A stretch of DNA of 64,000 nucleotides from Eledone cirrhosa (GCA_964016885.1 OZ024741.1:407216001-407280000); one strand, 5' to 3'; shown: positions 1 through 15,341, numbered from the stretch's first letter. Translations and numbers: made by a program. The notes: generated from the letters alone by a model not told the origin.

Positions 1-29
1 ACGAATATCTATTTTTGTTAATATTTTGA

Positions 30-75
<46 letters not shown>

Positions 76-299
76 CTGTTTCTACTTTAGGCACAAGGCC
101 AGCAAAGTCACCAGTGCATTACTGGTACTTTATGTTATCTACCCCCCCCAACAAGCTCATGGTCGTACCAGATACATACCAACGTCTAATCACAAACTCT
201 CTCCCACTCACTTACATAACTTGATCTATATCTCTCACTCTCCCTCTTCCCATTTCAACACTCCTTCTCCTTATATATATATTGCTTTCTCTCTCCCTA

Positions 300-812
300 T
301 TTCTCTCTCTCTCTCTTACATATATATATATGAGAATGTGTATGTGTGTGTGTGAGAATGTGTGTGTGTATGTGTGTATGTGTGTGTGTGTGTCTGTGTG
401 TGTGTATGTGTGTGGATAATGTGTGTGTGTATATGTATGTGTGTCTGTGTATGTGTCTGTGTGTGTGTGTGTGTGTGAGCATGTGTGTGTATGTGAGTGT
501 GTGTGTGTGAGAGAATGTATGTGTGTGTGTGAGAGAATGTGTGTGTGTGTGAGAATGTGTGTGTGTGTGTGCGAGAATGTGTGTGTGTGTGTGTGAGAGA
601 GAATGTTTTCATTTCATTAAAAAAATTAAAAAGACTGTTTCCCCTCACTTTAAACATAGACACCCTCAAGAGGGCTGTTTATTTCTTCTTCACTCTCTCC
701 TTCTCTCTCTTCCCCCCTCTCTCTCTCACTCTGTCTATCTCTCTATCTGTCTCTCTATCTATCTATCTTTCTCTCTGTATCTATCTATCAACCTATCTAT
801 CTATCTATATAA
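300..812. repeat. Compound microsatellite (CT/TA/TG/TATC)
   Basis: Directly visible. Confidence 0.95.
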
Positions 813-999
813 GATAGTTAGCCTGTAGGTTGAGGAAAAAGAGGAAGAGAGGAAGGGAGTACTCACTCTTGGTGCTCCTGGAGATGAGGGTTGTACATTT
901 TTTCGGGGTGTGTACAACCCCTGTGTAACGCCTCCCCCCTATTGGGGATTTCAATTGTTATTTGTTATTTTATTAATAGTTTTATTTTCATATACCTGT

Positions 1000-1059
1000 A
1001 TGTAAATCCTCATTTGTATTTGTCCCCTTCTTTTGTGCCCTTGTGGCTAATAAAGAAAT

Positions 1060-1125
<66 letters not shown>
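1000..1125 (+). mobile_element. 3' end of a non-LTR retroelement with AATAAA and (TATC)n tail
   Basis: ttgtccccttcttttgtgccc.tgt.gctaataaagaaa followed by (TATC)n; a second copy lies in reverse orientation at ~5355-5440. Confidence 0.6.
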
Positions 1126-1523
1126 CAGTCTCCGTCTATCTATCTATCTATCTCTGTCAGTCCTCTAGGTGTAGGTGTATTTTAACTGTTACCTACGTCA
1201 GCCAAGTATTCGAGATGTTTCTATGTGTATGTGTGCACACCTTGTCACTAATATTTTTCACCTTAGATGTAAGCGCCCACCCATTTTCCATTTGTCTGCA
1301 AACCAGTAATTTCACACTCATACACCCCCACTATATCCACACCACATGTAATCAAAAAAACAATATATACATACATTCACACACACACATATGGGTGTGA
1401 GTGTGAATGCATATATAACTCTTTTTCTTCTATATCAAACGTTATCATAATATATATCTTCATTGTATTGTATTGTTTGCTGTGTTGCTTTTCGTTTACT
1501 TTTCACACACACACACACACACT

Positions 1524-1583
<60 letters not shown>

Positions 1584-1996
1584 ATATATATATATATATT
1601 TCGATCTGGTGCTGGGTAAATCCTCAGGAGGAAGTTGCCGGCTTTTCTATACAAGCTTTAAGCCTACCTGTCTATCTCTACACAGGTAAATTTCAAATCA
1701 AGTAGTATTTTGGTTATTATAATTATCCATCCTGAGCGTATAAAAGATCTCGGTTGTATAAAAATTCAGAGCCTAGTATTCCGGAACGAATACCACGAAT
1801 CAATCATTCATCGCTCTGCCGACTCAACCAACCCACAGCCTATTATTTTTATGTCTGATATAGCCGTTAAAGCCTCAAATCATACGTGAGGTTCAAATAC
1901 AGCCACTAATCCACTGAGTTAAAATATGTGTTATATAATACAGTTCGGGGCCGGTTGAAACGATCATGTTTTTGACTACCTGTTGAAACCGTTTTC

Positions 1997-2160
1997 TTAC
2001 GGCCCTTTACGTTCTGAGTTCAAATCCCGCCGATGTTAGCTTTACCTTTCATCATTACAGGGTCGATAAAATAAAGTACCAGTAATGTACCGAGGTCGAT
2101 TTAATCGACTTTCCCCACCCCCAAAATTGTGGGCCTTGTGCCTAAAGTTGAAACAATTAA
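1997..2160 (+). mobile_element. SINE family A, long form, 5'-truncated
   Basis: B box gagttcaaatccc, core cctttcatc..ggtcgataaaataaagtaccag, extra gtcgatttaatcgac hairpin, tail ggccttgtgcctaaagttgaaacaat. Confidence 0.85.
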
Positions 2161-2410
2161 TTATGCAGCTAATATACAGAGATCAGGCAAGATCGTGACA
2201 CTTTCAACCTGATTTTCCCTTCCTCACAGACGAATTGTGTTGCACTTTTTAAACTACGAAGAAGGGCCGTTGAGATGTTCCTATAGCAATAATGTGAGGC
2301 CACCTTCGGTACGACTCTCCTGCAATTTCCGTTGGGGACGTCTATTATAGCCTCGTCTTGACAAATACTTCTAAGGGGAATTTGGTAAACAGGAACTGTG
2401 CTGATGTCCC

Positions 2411-2529
<119 letters not shown>

Positions 2530-3892
2530 TGTGTGTGCGCGTATGCACGTGTATATGCGTGTGTGAATGCATCTGTATGAATATGCATGATTGTGTGTGT
2601 ATTGAGATAGAGAGATAAACAACCCATTATATAGGTACCTCAAAATACGCTTTTAATATATTCATAGACTGCATCGAATTAGACATAGGTACATGTTGTA
2701 CTTAATCATAGCTCATGTACTATGCACTACTTGGAAAGAACTGCGCAGTAAATTGCAGCATTTGTTTTCTTGCACTAGACACTGGTGTTGAGATCGAGTA
2801 GAATGAATGTTAACAAGATAGATGTTATTTTTTCCAGATACAAATCCTGAACCTGGTTTTCGGTATGCTGTTATCGTGTGGTGGTATTCATCCATTGCCC
2901 GGTTTAGCAGCACCATCTATTGTATGGTTGTGTTCAAGTATTCGGATTAGGTCCCCAATTTAAGCCTAAGTCAGTATATTGATACCATAAGTGTTGTGAA
3001 TGGGCAGGCATGGTACAACATCGAATAACATATTATTGCGATATTTGTTCCAGCTCTTCATATTTCAAGTTCAAATCCTGCCAAAGTCAAATTGTCTTTC
3101 GTTGATCCGGGGTCTATAAAATATAGTACAATTTGGGTTGATATAATCAACTACCCCTTCTCTAAATTTGCTGGCCCTTGTCTTAAATAGAAATCAATAT
3201 AATGAGGCACTGCTTCCTATTGCAGCACCCCTTAAAAATTCAACGTGAGTTTACGGGCCCTGACTTCCCTCAACAGAGGAAGTTTCACACACAAATATAT
3301 ATATATATATGCATGTGTGTATATATGTGTGTGTGTGTGTGTGTTATATAAAGAAGAGAGAGATACGGGGGGGGGGGGGGGGCAGAAGAGGGAGAGAGAG
3401 AGCTGGTTCATATATAGAAAGGGAGAGACATATATACTTACATACATATATGCATGTGTGTAATTTATAGACTCATTATTACTGGGTGGATATAAATTGA
3501 ACACTATCGATTTATTGACAAATTCCCTTAGAATCTTCGACTTAGTAAAACCAATTAACTAAATATATATTACTGTTTATAATCGAGTTTTGCTGCGTCG
3601 TCTTCTTGCATAACGAAGATTTTGTATATTCACAGAAGTATAATAGCAGGTATCCTCATCTTTGGTTGGAGTCTGTAAAGGGCATGTGCTATGCCACTAC
3701 TTCCATAATACATATCTATCTATCGATATGTCTATCTATATATCTATCTATCTGTTTATCTACTCATGTACGTATGTATCTATCATGATATTTTCCGGTT
3801 AATTTTCATCGGCACAGGTTGAAGAAGTTGGTTCTCAGAACTAACGAAACGTACGTACCTGGTATGGCACCATTATAGTAGCTGGTCTTAAT

Positions 3893-3981
<89 letters not shown>

Positions 3982-4898
3982 GGACATCAATGCCGTTGTC
4001 TGTTCGTTAAATTTACGTATTGATTACTTGAGAAGCCTGTGTACTCTTAATATACTTGTCTGAAATATTCGACCCATTGAATTATATGTACAATCCATCT
4101 GTGACGCTGCCCAACTGAATTTCTATCTACATATTTTCACTGACAGCCCTTGTTTCCTTTGACGAGAGGCTATATCAAATGACACCTCTGCAAGATGACA
4201 GCGTGATTAAACCTGTATCCCTTGATTGGCAAGAAAACTTCTTAACTAATCGACTACACCTCTAGCTAAAAATAGGAATGGTGTGAATCTAAGAGACTTT
4301 ATTACGAAGACTTTATGGCAGTGGATTGACAGAGGAGGTAGAGCATACATCGAACAAAAGCTTGGAATTATTTTTTCAGTTTCTTTATATTCTGAGTTCA
4401 AATCCAGTCGGAATTAATTTCGCTTCTCATCCTTTCACGGCCGATACAATAGACGATAGATCAATGAGTGTGGTTGACATACTCAACATTCCCATCCCTA
4501 TTAAATTGCTCACTTTGTACCTACTGAAATCATTGTTACGAAGATTGTGGATTGTGTCACAAACGTGGGAGGAAACAAAGTGAATGGTTGATATGAACAT
4601 TGAACTAGTTACTACATTGTCAAACGTGTGTAAAGGTGAGATGAAAGGAGGACAGAGATAGACAAATAATGTAAAATCATGTAGTAGAGAAAAAGTCGCA
4701 CACACACACATACACACACATATACACACATACACACACATACACACAGACAGGCACACACGCACACTCACACAAACACACATATATATACATATATATG
4801 TATATATAATCATTTTAGTAAGCCTAACTAGTGAGTCTCGTTACTCTGGAGTTTCGCCTGTACATCACAGGTTCATCAAAATGGGTTTCGATCAATAT

Positions 4899-4963
<65 letters not shown>

Positions 4964-5354
4964 GTGTGTGTGTGTATATGTAAATCCAGAAACGCACTAT
5001 ACATACGTATATATATATATATGATGCGTGTGTGTCTGGGTGGGGCGAGGTGTCTATATGTCTGTTCGTGTGTGTGTGTGTATGTGCCAATAGCGAGAAC
5101 TCATAACCGACGCCCGAGTTCGAAGTTATTTTCATAACACGTCTGAAGATTATAAAGTCCCTCTTTGTATGTTGTTTCTGGGAGTTCAAAATACGAGCTT
5201 AGCATGATAGTTAGACAGTTGTATATGTATATGTACATTCATATATATTTACATACTTGCTTATGAAATCAGACCGATGCATGCAAACACACACACACAC
5301 ACACACATACACACATACACACACACACATGCACACATACACACACATGTATAA

Positions 5355-5440
5355 ATAGATAGATAGATAGATATGTTTCTTTATTAGCAACAGGGGCACA
5401 AAAGAAGGGGACAATTACAAAGGGGGGAATTTACATACAA
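5355..5440 (-). mobile_element. Second copy of the (TATC)n-tailed retroelement 3' end
   Basis: Reverse complement of ~1012-1075. Confidence 0.6.
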
Positions 5441-5738
5441 TAAAAACGTGTAAAATGTTATCACTTAACATTGTAAATTAAAAGTTAATCGATTTTCCCC
5501 AATAGATAGATAGATAAATGAGTGTTTATGTATAACGAAAGAGAGGTTATGTGGAAGCAATCTCCAACAGATGTTTCCATTTTGTATAAACTTAAAATTA
5601 ACATCAACTAAATATAATTATAATATTTATATATTTCTGGTATGGCATGAAGGTTACATTCTATTGAATAGAAATTGATAGAAGATAGAAATAGAAGTTA
5701 GTAGTGTTTTCAAAATGGTTTCGATCAATATATATTCA

Positions 5739-5795
<57 letters not shown>

Positions 5796-6416
5796 AGAGA
5801 GAGAGAGAGAGTGAGAGAGTCTGCAGTGTTGAGACCGAGGAGACCACTAACCATAGTAGCACTCAATACCTGGAAAGATGCAGAGTGGGTATAGAGATAG
5901 TTAAAATCACGACCGCGGTGTTCGCTGGGCACGCGGGACATGGGGTAGGGCTGCTTCTGGTCGCGGTCGAAATTTCTCTCTCTTTCTTTCTATCTCTCTT
6001 TATATATATATATGGTCCAGCGGTGTAGCTAGAATTAGTGCAGCCCTAAAGCCCCCCTCCCCCATCCTATACAGACAGAAACAAATATACAAACACTAGG
6101 AAATATATTAGATATAAAAAGCGCCACGGGACGTGACTCCTCCTCTCCCGACAACTTGTGCTATTTACTCATTTGAAATGACAAATCTCCTCTCCTAGAT
6201 TACTTCATATAATTTTGTTTCATATCATATAGTGCACATGTCAGGCCATTAGTAATTTCAAGGACAAAAGATAACATTCTCAATTAGGTTCTTATTGAAA
6301 TACTTTCAATAGTATTTCAGGTTTATCTTTTTTCGACTTAGTTGAATTATATTCCCGGCCTGCAATATATTGTGCATACCGTTGCACTTACCCTACGAAA
6401 CACTAATTATATTTAA

Positions 6417-6641
6417 CCCTTTCATGGCTGCATTTGAAATACTCTGTTTCAAATAATGTATAAAGTATTTCGATAAAGTTATTAGAATTATTAATTATAT
6501 TATTACTAAGAAAGTAACTTAATGTAAGATTCGTATATAATATTATATTGGAAAATAATAATCTAAATTGGAAACCTTTAAATTGGGTGACTTTATTTCA
6601 TAGAACCAGAGCCGGTTTTGGCCGGCTTGGTAGCAGAAGGG
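6417..6641. mobile_element. piggyBac-like MITE
   Basis: TTAA|CCCTT ... AAGGG|TTAA termini. Confidence 0.65.
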
Positions 6642-8133
6642 TTAAGAGACAGCAGATGTGTCAAATAGATCCTAACTACATTTAAGTGAAATCTTTGGGG
6701 AAAACATATGACAAACAAGTGGAAAAGGAAAACCCAATGACACACGTCAGGGTCAATTATTATATTTTCCAAAACTAATACAAACCTAATAATTGTAAGG
6801 GGATATATACTTAATTTAAATCACTCCCCAGTGTTTAATGGAGAATTAGTCTATATACACCGGGGCGATAACATGTGAAGTTAACCCGGGGAGCAATTGA
6901 ACGTAAACAGTTGGAACTAAAATTAACTACAGCAAGGATTTTTCTCCGGTGGTTTACTGCACAGGAACCACACCACAGACATTGTCAACTGTTTGAGACG
7001 ATTAAGATTGGCATATTGTGACTTTTTATTAAGGTTAATTACAGTGGCTGAGTAACAAAACGACTTAGTTACACAAATACTGACTAACTGAACCAGTATA
7101 CTACACATTTCTAACATACCGTAGTGAACACAGCTTTTATACGTAACTTTCTGTGTTCTAAAATCTAAATATTTAGTTCAGATCTTATAATATAAATAAC
7201 TACAGTATTTGATTTATCATAATAAAACGAGAAAAAAACACATCAAATACATCAAATACAACCACACAGAATCATGACTGCAGCTATGATGTGAGATTGA
7301 ATGCTTCGAGAATTCAGAGTGTAGGAAGCTAGATTATTTGTTGCGTAAGTGCAATCACTTGTTTTTAGTTTTAATAAAGTGATAAGGAAAATATTGATAA
7401 CTTTAGAAAAATGCACAATTATTTTTGCGAACTACTCACACCTCAGTATTTAAAATGAAAAAGGTTTTAAGAATGAGTTAGCGAAATGAATGCAACAAAA
7501 AAAAAAAATAACCTCACCTTTACTTTTTATCATAGAATATTTCTAGTTATAAAACCTAGCTTTCTTTGTTATATAGAAAAGAAATGTTACACGTAGCTTT
7601 ATATTTTACTACCGAATTGAATATCATTAACTATATCACTAAAATTATTTCCTTCATTTGCCTCCTGAGAATTTTAAGGTCAAATTTTACTTTGAACCTG
7701 TATTATATAACTTAAGGAAGGAGAACAACATTGTTTTTCTTATACCAAATTGTATGAAATATAGATATTGCCACAAAGCAAGTAGTTTCATATTTATTGT
7801 TGTAGCTATAATTTTTCTTTTGGTTGTTCAATTGTGAATACGAAAAAAGAAAATTAATATGCAAAATATAGCTTAGTCATCAAAGTTTGACTTCTAAACA
7901 CATTTTGTTGATAGAAAGCAAAACTTATTTGCGAGTTCACGTAACAGGTGAACATTTAGTAGTTAATACTTACTGCATTTGGGGGTATGGGAGGCATTTG
8001 CAGTGTCTATTAGCGTTGTCACTGCTATGAAATATTTTGAAACACATCACTATAAAGTTGACACCTACAGCAGCCACCATACACTAGTTTTCTTTCTCTT
8101 CACTTTCACACAAATTTCTCACCTACTGAGACA

Positions 8134-8204
<71 letters not shown>

Positions 8205-8432
8205 TGTTTTTTTTTATCGCAGCTCTAACTTTTAACATGTATCAGAAAAAAGTAAGTCTAAAACCCCATGAAAAAAAGTAACAAATTGAAATGAGATTCC
8301 TAGCTTCCCTTAGACCATTATCAGTTGAAATGAAGTCAAAATCATATGAAATAGGAAGGGAAACGTAAGCGCGAGCTTCACACACTGAACCCAGCTGATC
8401 TTTGTATAACCTATATAATAAAGGATAATATT

Positions 8433-8620
8433 AGTGGATTGGCAGTATCGGTAGAAAGTCGGACGCCATGCTTTGCAGATAGAGTTACGGCCCTTTATGA
8501 TCTGAGTTCAAATCCCGCCGAGGCTAACTTAGCCTTTCATCCTTACGCGGTCGATAAAATAAAGTACCAGTAATGCACTGAGATAATTGCTGGCCTTGTG
8601 CCAAAAGTAGAAATAATTAT
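8433..8620 (+). mobile_element. SINE family A, short form
   Basis: A box tggcagtatcgg, B box gttcaaatcc, family core and tail. Confidence 0.9.
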
Positions 8621-10915
8621 TAAAATATTGACTGTTGTAATGGCAATAAACTGATTTAAAATTTGAATATCTTCTCTTTTCTCTCGTGGTTTCTTAACTT
8701 CATTTCACTAATTTATGCAAAGCACAATTGCGTTAGAAATGTTACTGCACAGCTACAATGATATCAACCGACCTTCTTCATGTCTAATTCCAATCATACT
8801 ACTTTTTTAAAGTCTCAGCGACAATACAGAAAGTTAAAATACACAAAATATATCACATTCTCTTAATGAAGACAAGCTGGAGAATGGAAAATTTTCTTCC
8901 TGCGTCATTGATATCATTACCATATTTGGTTAGAAAAGCTGAATACCGCATATGACACTCTCACATAGCCAATAACTTACTGCCTTTTACTGAAATACAA
9001 ATTTGTGAATATTTTTCTTTCATTTCAGATAAGGAATTAGTTTTCCTTATTAATATTTATGAAATAGAATTCAATCTTCAACATTTTCAATAAACTATAT
9101 TCTAATTTAACTAGAATATTTCAACCCCTACAAGTTGTAATATGACGTTATATTATTATTATTATTATTATGCTTTCTTACAAGAAAGAGATCACATTTC
9201 ATATACCAGGCATGTGGTTAATATTTTAAATCTTCACTTTTGATTTTCTCCACTTCCGTAATTAGAAAATGGAGGCATGAATACCACAACTCGTCGTTGA
9301 ATGAATGAATGATTATTATAATTAAGAAGGTGATTTTCCGCGTACAGTTAGGTCCCTTTACATTCTGAGTTCAAATCCCATTGAGGTTAGCTTTGCCTTT
9401 CTTCCTTACGGGATCGATAAAATAAAGTACCAGTAACGCACTGGGTCGATATAATCGACTTGCCTCTCCCGACAAAATTGTTGGCGTTGTGCTGCAATCA
9501 GTAAAAATACGACCCTTGTGTCCAATAAAGAAACATCTTGTATTTAGTGTTATTTGGCAATACGTTTTCACTGATATGCAGGAATAGTGGAGGTGCGGGG
9601 TTTTAATGTTTAGAGAATTGGATTCGCATGATTTTAGGGTAGTAGAAAGAGTTTACCATTATGAATTCTGAATTACTTTGAATAAGGTGCTGACAATACT
9701 TCAGGAAAGTTATGAATGTCAGTAACATCAAATTATCTCTCTCTCCTCTCTTTCTCACACCTTTCATCTGAAGTAAAAGTAAATCGAAAGGTGTAATATA
9801 AAAGAAAAGATACGTTAATAAGTAGCTAGCTAAGTAGACTTTACCACTTCAGTCAGTAATATTGCTTTAGGTAGTTTTGTTCAACCTCTAATCAAGAGAG
9901 TTCTTATAGCTGCTTGTCTTTTGTAAGAGCCACTCAATATATATATGACAACATATTTAGGACACACTTAAACCCTTATCATTTATCGTGTTGATAACTG
10001 TTAACATGTTAAGTACTCGAAGTAAACATCGAAATTGTTTTGTTTTGTGTTATCCTGTAACTTTTGATGGAGTCGTGGGGCACCTTATTAGTATACAGCG
10101 TTTCTTGGGCATTTGTTGAATTATGTTCTACGAAATGATCTTTACTATGAGCGCCTTTAATAAGATTGACTTAGAGACTGACCAAGATGACGCAATTCGT
10201 ATATAGAACACACTGACGAATGATAGACACTATCATACTTCCATATTTGGCAGAGTCGTTAGCACGTAAGATAGAATGCTTTGTGGTATGTGTTCCGGCT
10301 TTCTGCACTCTGAGTTCAAATCCCGTCCAAGTCAACTTTATCTTTCATCTTTTCGAGGTGGAAAAAAATGTACCAGTCAAATACTGGCCCCAATATTTCC
10401 TCTATATCTCTTTCTTACTCTATCTATCGTTCTCTCAAAAAAATCTGCTGTACTCAGACGTGGAGAGGAGGTGGGCTCCGCCAGGTTTAAAAGCCTTTAC
10501 ATTGTTCAAATCCTCCCGAGGTTAGCCTTGCCTTTCATCCTTACGGAGTCGATAAAATAAAGTACCAGTCATATACTGGAGTCAATTTATTCAGCATTCC
10601 CCTTCCCTTCAAAATGTTGACCTTGTGCCAAATCTAGAAACAATTACTTAACATGTTTCGCCTCTCTCCTCAGTTCGTACCCTTCAGGAATTTACAACCC
10701 AAAGACGATAAAACAGCAACCAATTGTAAATTAGGGTCGTTTAAAGGATTATGGTCTTGTGCCATTCTAAGAAAACCTTAAATAAGATCAATTAATTGTG
10801 AAGTATCATATTCTCGTCTGTGGACACTAAGATGATAGTAAATATACTTTGTGAAATCCAATTTTTTTAAATGACAATTTCTGAATGAAATTAGAGCGTT
10901 CTTTGTATTTCATTA

Positions 10916-11096
10916 TTTGCAGTATCGGTAGAGGGTTGTACGCCATGCTTTCTAGCATAGTTACGTCCCTTTACAGTCTGAGTTCAAATCCCGCCGAGGT
11001 TAACTTTGCCTTTCATCCTTACGGGGTCGATAAAATAAAGTACCAGTAATGTACTGGGTAATTGCTGGCCTTGTGCCTAAAGTAGAAACAATTATT
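10916..11096 (+). mobile_element. SINE family A, short form
   Basis: Highly similar to the 8433 copy. More diverged copies lie nearby at ~9345-9500, ~10246-10390 and ~10490-10650. Confidence 0.9.
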
Positions 11097-12639
11097 TCAA
11101 TTCACTTCGTTTGAAGCGAATCATAGTTTGCATCGTTAATCATGATTTATTGAAGAATATACATTTTTAAGAGATACTTTCTTTTTCTTTTTTTTTATTT
11201 TGATTATAAGCTTACAATACCGGTTTATCGTTATCAAAAATCAATTAGTTTAACATGAGTTAGATACATATATTGTCTTATCTGAAGATTTTACAAGTCG
11301 TACTAGCTTTCACCTGTTGTCGACTATTCAGTTTATCATTCAATAATAGATTAGAAAAAAATCAATATTCTGACAAAAGAACTAGATACTTGGTCCTGTG
11401 ATTTTAGATTAACTAAGGGGGTGATTTTCTCCGGGTATTGAGGGTGTGATGTAAGCTGAGTTGATCGTGTATGTCAACGTTTGGTGTCCGACGACTTGAT
11501 TATTAAACACTACCTACTTTTCCTAGATATCAGATTGTAGAGCATTCATATTGAAGACTGTTCCTGTCCATGTTTGCTTTTCTTATCTTACATATACTAA
11601 TTCATAATAATTATGCTCCCTCAAAGTCTAATCGTCCCTGTTCTACAGTATATAAAGGGCTGAAAAAATAGTCGTCCTTATATCAACTAAAAAACAAATT
11701 GTTGACACTAGAAATTGAATGTTTAAACCCTTATATTTTCCCTGTATCTCTGCCCCTGCCCATACCTAGCCTGTAAATAAATAGTATTTTCATTTAAAAG
11801 AAACTCTCAACAGATTTTCTTTTAACTAATTTCATATTCAACATAAAACCAGTTACCTAGACTGATATGTAAATAAAATAAAAATATATCTAGGTAGATT
11901 TAAATACCAATCATAACTTGATTAATTCCTGAGATATAATGAGAAAGGTTGGGTGGGTGGTTGAGTCCAGGTATGTATTCAGCCTTATTGGTTCTCGGAT
12001 GTGTAATTTAAGCCGTTGTCTTTACATAACATACCAGTGTCAACTAGTTCTAGAACTAGACATGTATAATTGATTCGCTGAGGGATAACCTGTTAGACGA
12101 GTTTCATTCCCTGCAACTTATTTAATATTATTAATTCAGTTGGTTGGTATGTAAAACGCAGCACTGACGTTGTTTCCCAGAAAACAATGTTGTCCATATA
12201 AGGAAAATAAAAGATAGGTAGCCAAAGTGTCAAATCATTTGAGTAGAAATACTCATATATGTTAATGCAAATTCACTTACACATTACAACGCGCGTGCGT
12301 ACACTTATGACCAACATGCATAGTGATACATGTAGCAAATGTGTCTAAACGCATATACAAACATACTACACATACACACACAAATACACACCACATATAC
12401 CTACATACATACACACACATAAACACGACATATACACACATACACACACATACACACGACATATACATACACACACATACACACGACATATACATATACA
12501 TACCATATACATACATAGTTCAGCGAGAAATCTTGTGACTACAACATCTTTAGCAAACACGAGCAGTGATGACATTGAAATGAAATATACGAAGCCAAGG
12601 AATGAAACTGTGTCATAGAATTGTTTCGCTAAAGGTGCA

Positions 12640-12910
12640 TGAGCCAATAGTTAGGATGCTTGCCGTAGGATCCTCATGTCATCGGTTCGATTCTTAGACT
12701 GGGGGGCTGAGTTGTGTTTTTAAGTAAAACATTTTATTTCACGTTGTTCCAGTACACTCAGCTGAGATTGAGTACCAGCAGTAGCTGCGAAGTTAATCCT
12801 GTGATAGACTAGCGTCCTGTCCAGGGGAAGACTTGTACTCTCAGTCACTTAACACCAAGTAAAACAGAGACAAGCACTGGCCTGATGTACTTTCGACCTA
12901 GAACAGACTT
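12640..12910 (+). mobile_element. SINE family B, diverged
   Basis: ggttcgattc B box and ttttatttcacgttgttccagtacactcagctg. Confidence 0.7.
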
Positions 12911-13952
12911 TGAATTAACTGCTGAAATGTGCTTCAAAGTGTTAGCTATATGTAAATGTACATTGAGAGTTTGATGTTTACTTAAATACCCTAGATTAGG
13001 GGCTTGCGAGAAGTAGGGCATTATTTCTACAACTGGGGTTGTATGACACTAAAGTCCCAGTAATATACTGGCAACATTTCTATAATACCTTTCCCTTGAC
13101 AACGACAATAGTTGACCTTATTTGAATATTCTGACAAGAATTTTAACACTTTCATTCTGAAATCTAATTCGGTTATTTTTAAATCGTCTTTACATGTTAC
13201 TTCTTTTCACACTTGCTAGCTTTTCCTTCTCTTTCATCCCCCCCCCACTCTCTCTCTACTTCCCCCTTCTCTCTCTGCTTCTCCCCCTGACTCTCTTTCA
13301 TACCTCTTCTCTCTCTGCTTCTCTCCTCTCACCATTTCAAATATCTCCTCTTTTTCCCACTCTCTCTTCTATCTTTCCTTCTTATCTATTCTATTTCTCC
13401 CTCCCCCTCTCTCTAGTACAAAGACTATATCGCTCTAATCATGTTAGTGATCTTATTCATACTTTCTCTCCGGGCCAACCCTCATATAGCAGACACTCCA
13501 ATCTTATTTTCACACATACAATAACTAGGACTACATTATTCAATTCATTCTTTTATTTTAAAAAGCAAATGCTATAGTATAATTTCATAGATGGTTAGCT
13601 ACTATATCTAGCAGAAATAGTCACAATGTAGAGGTTTCGTCATTAATCGGAGTCCAGGTGAGGTACTACTAACGTATAGAGTGGGAAAGAAGTGGCTGTA
13701 CTGAGAAATCTGAAGAACAATTCAGCAGAGTACAGTTGTTATTGTTGCTGCTTAGCCTTGAATGAGCAGAACTACGGTTAAAGCCGTTCCAGTTGTGACT
13801 GCCCTGTTATATATATTTAGATATTATTTAATATATACTATTTTAAAGGATATTGTTTGTTGCTGCCTTGATTGAGGGTGTCTAATCCAAAATGTGAGAT
13901 AGGGTTGGAGCGGTGAGAAGGGGAAAGAGAGTAAGATGGGTAGAGAAAAGAC

Positions 13953-14065
<113 letters not shown>

Positions 14066-15076
14066 AAGTGAGAGAGAGAAAGAAAAAGAGAGACGGTGTA
14101 TCAGTATGTATCGATTCATTGTTTGGTAATTTAGTTACTTTTCGAGAGAAAAGTTCTCTTCATTACACTGATGTCGTATCCAAGGAAAGATTAATTTTCT
14201 TAAGATTAGATCGAATTCCGTTGTCTGACCATGAACATATTAGCTTAATCATTTTATTTTTATTCTTCTTCCGAGTATTTCTTCTCTCTTACACTATCCT
14301 CTACCTTTCCTTTACCTTTCCTACGTCTCCACATGTTCTCTCCTTTTCTTCTAATATAAGCCTTCTTTCAATATTGAACTGTTCTATGTTAGATGTCTTC
14401 CAACACTGATCGTCCTCTAGTTTATTCCCGACATACGAATTCATTATTAAATATGTCCTTCCTTCCTGTGTTAGTTCTGCGAGAGTTATCATAAAAAGAG
14501 TATTGAGTGCACCCTTTTAGTATTGAGAAATCAATCGGATCAATTCTTATTATTCTTTTTCCACAGTCACAAATATACGGCATTGACATATGTTAGGATT
14601 TATTAGAAATCGTTATTGATATTATGGCCATAGTGTGATGTACCACAGAGGTCACCTTCGTCCTTTTATGATCGACCAAATTAAGGATCAATCAAGTGGA
14701 GTAATCGATTGTTATTAGGGGACTCAAGTCACTGTGTGAATTTGAACTTAGATTTTTGAGAATCCAATATTAATGCAGTGGATACTAGGATTTAAAATGC
14801 CTGACAAAATAATTTGCAGTATATAGTCACGTGATTTTGTTCAAATTTAGACTTCGTTTCTCAGGTGTCTCTCTGACTGAAAACATATACCAGTTACATA
14901 CTGCGATGTTATTGAATTGACTACAAATCCTTCCTCTGTAATCTTTTGATCTTATGTTAAAGAATTAGATCTACATTAAAGTTGCAACCCTGCCGAAGAC
15001 TAAGTTTTCAGATTCGTTTGTATCGCAATTTTAGTGTTAATAGTTGTCAACTAATTCATTTTCGATCCTTGTTTAA

Positions 15077-15208
15077 GTCACATGAGATAAGGTCACATGT
15101 GATAACGTCACATGAGATAACGTCACATGAGATAACGTCACATGAGATAACGTCACATGAGATAACGTCACATGAGATAATGAATGTCACATGAGATAAC
15201 GTCACATG
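15077..15208. repeat. 15-bp minisatellite (gtcacatgagataac), ~8 copies
   Basis: Directly visible; produces the spurious SHEIT/SCDVI ORFs. Confidence 0.95.
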
Positions 15209-15341
15209 TCTAGGTGTGTGGGATTGTACGTTGGCTGCTTGCATGGATCAATGAGTAAGAAATTCCCTTTGAAACTATAAAGTCTCGTGTCCAAATCCAC
15301 CTGCGCAGCCGCAGATTATCTGTAGCAGTGTTAGTATAGAC

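Noticed and set aside
10456-10491. 36-bp match to ~56930-56965 (gagaggag.tgggctc.gccaggtttaa)
   Set aside because: Real but short; most likely a fragment of an unrecognised interspersed repeat with nothing further to infer.
14982-15244. ORFs with SHEIT / SCDVI pentapeptide repeats
   Set aside because: Product of a 15-bp minisatellite; no splice or homology support.
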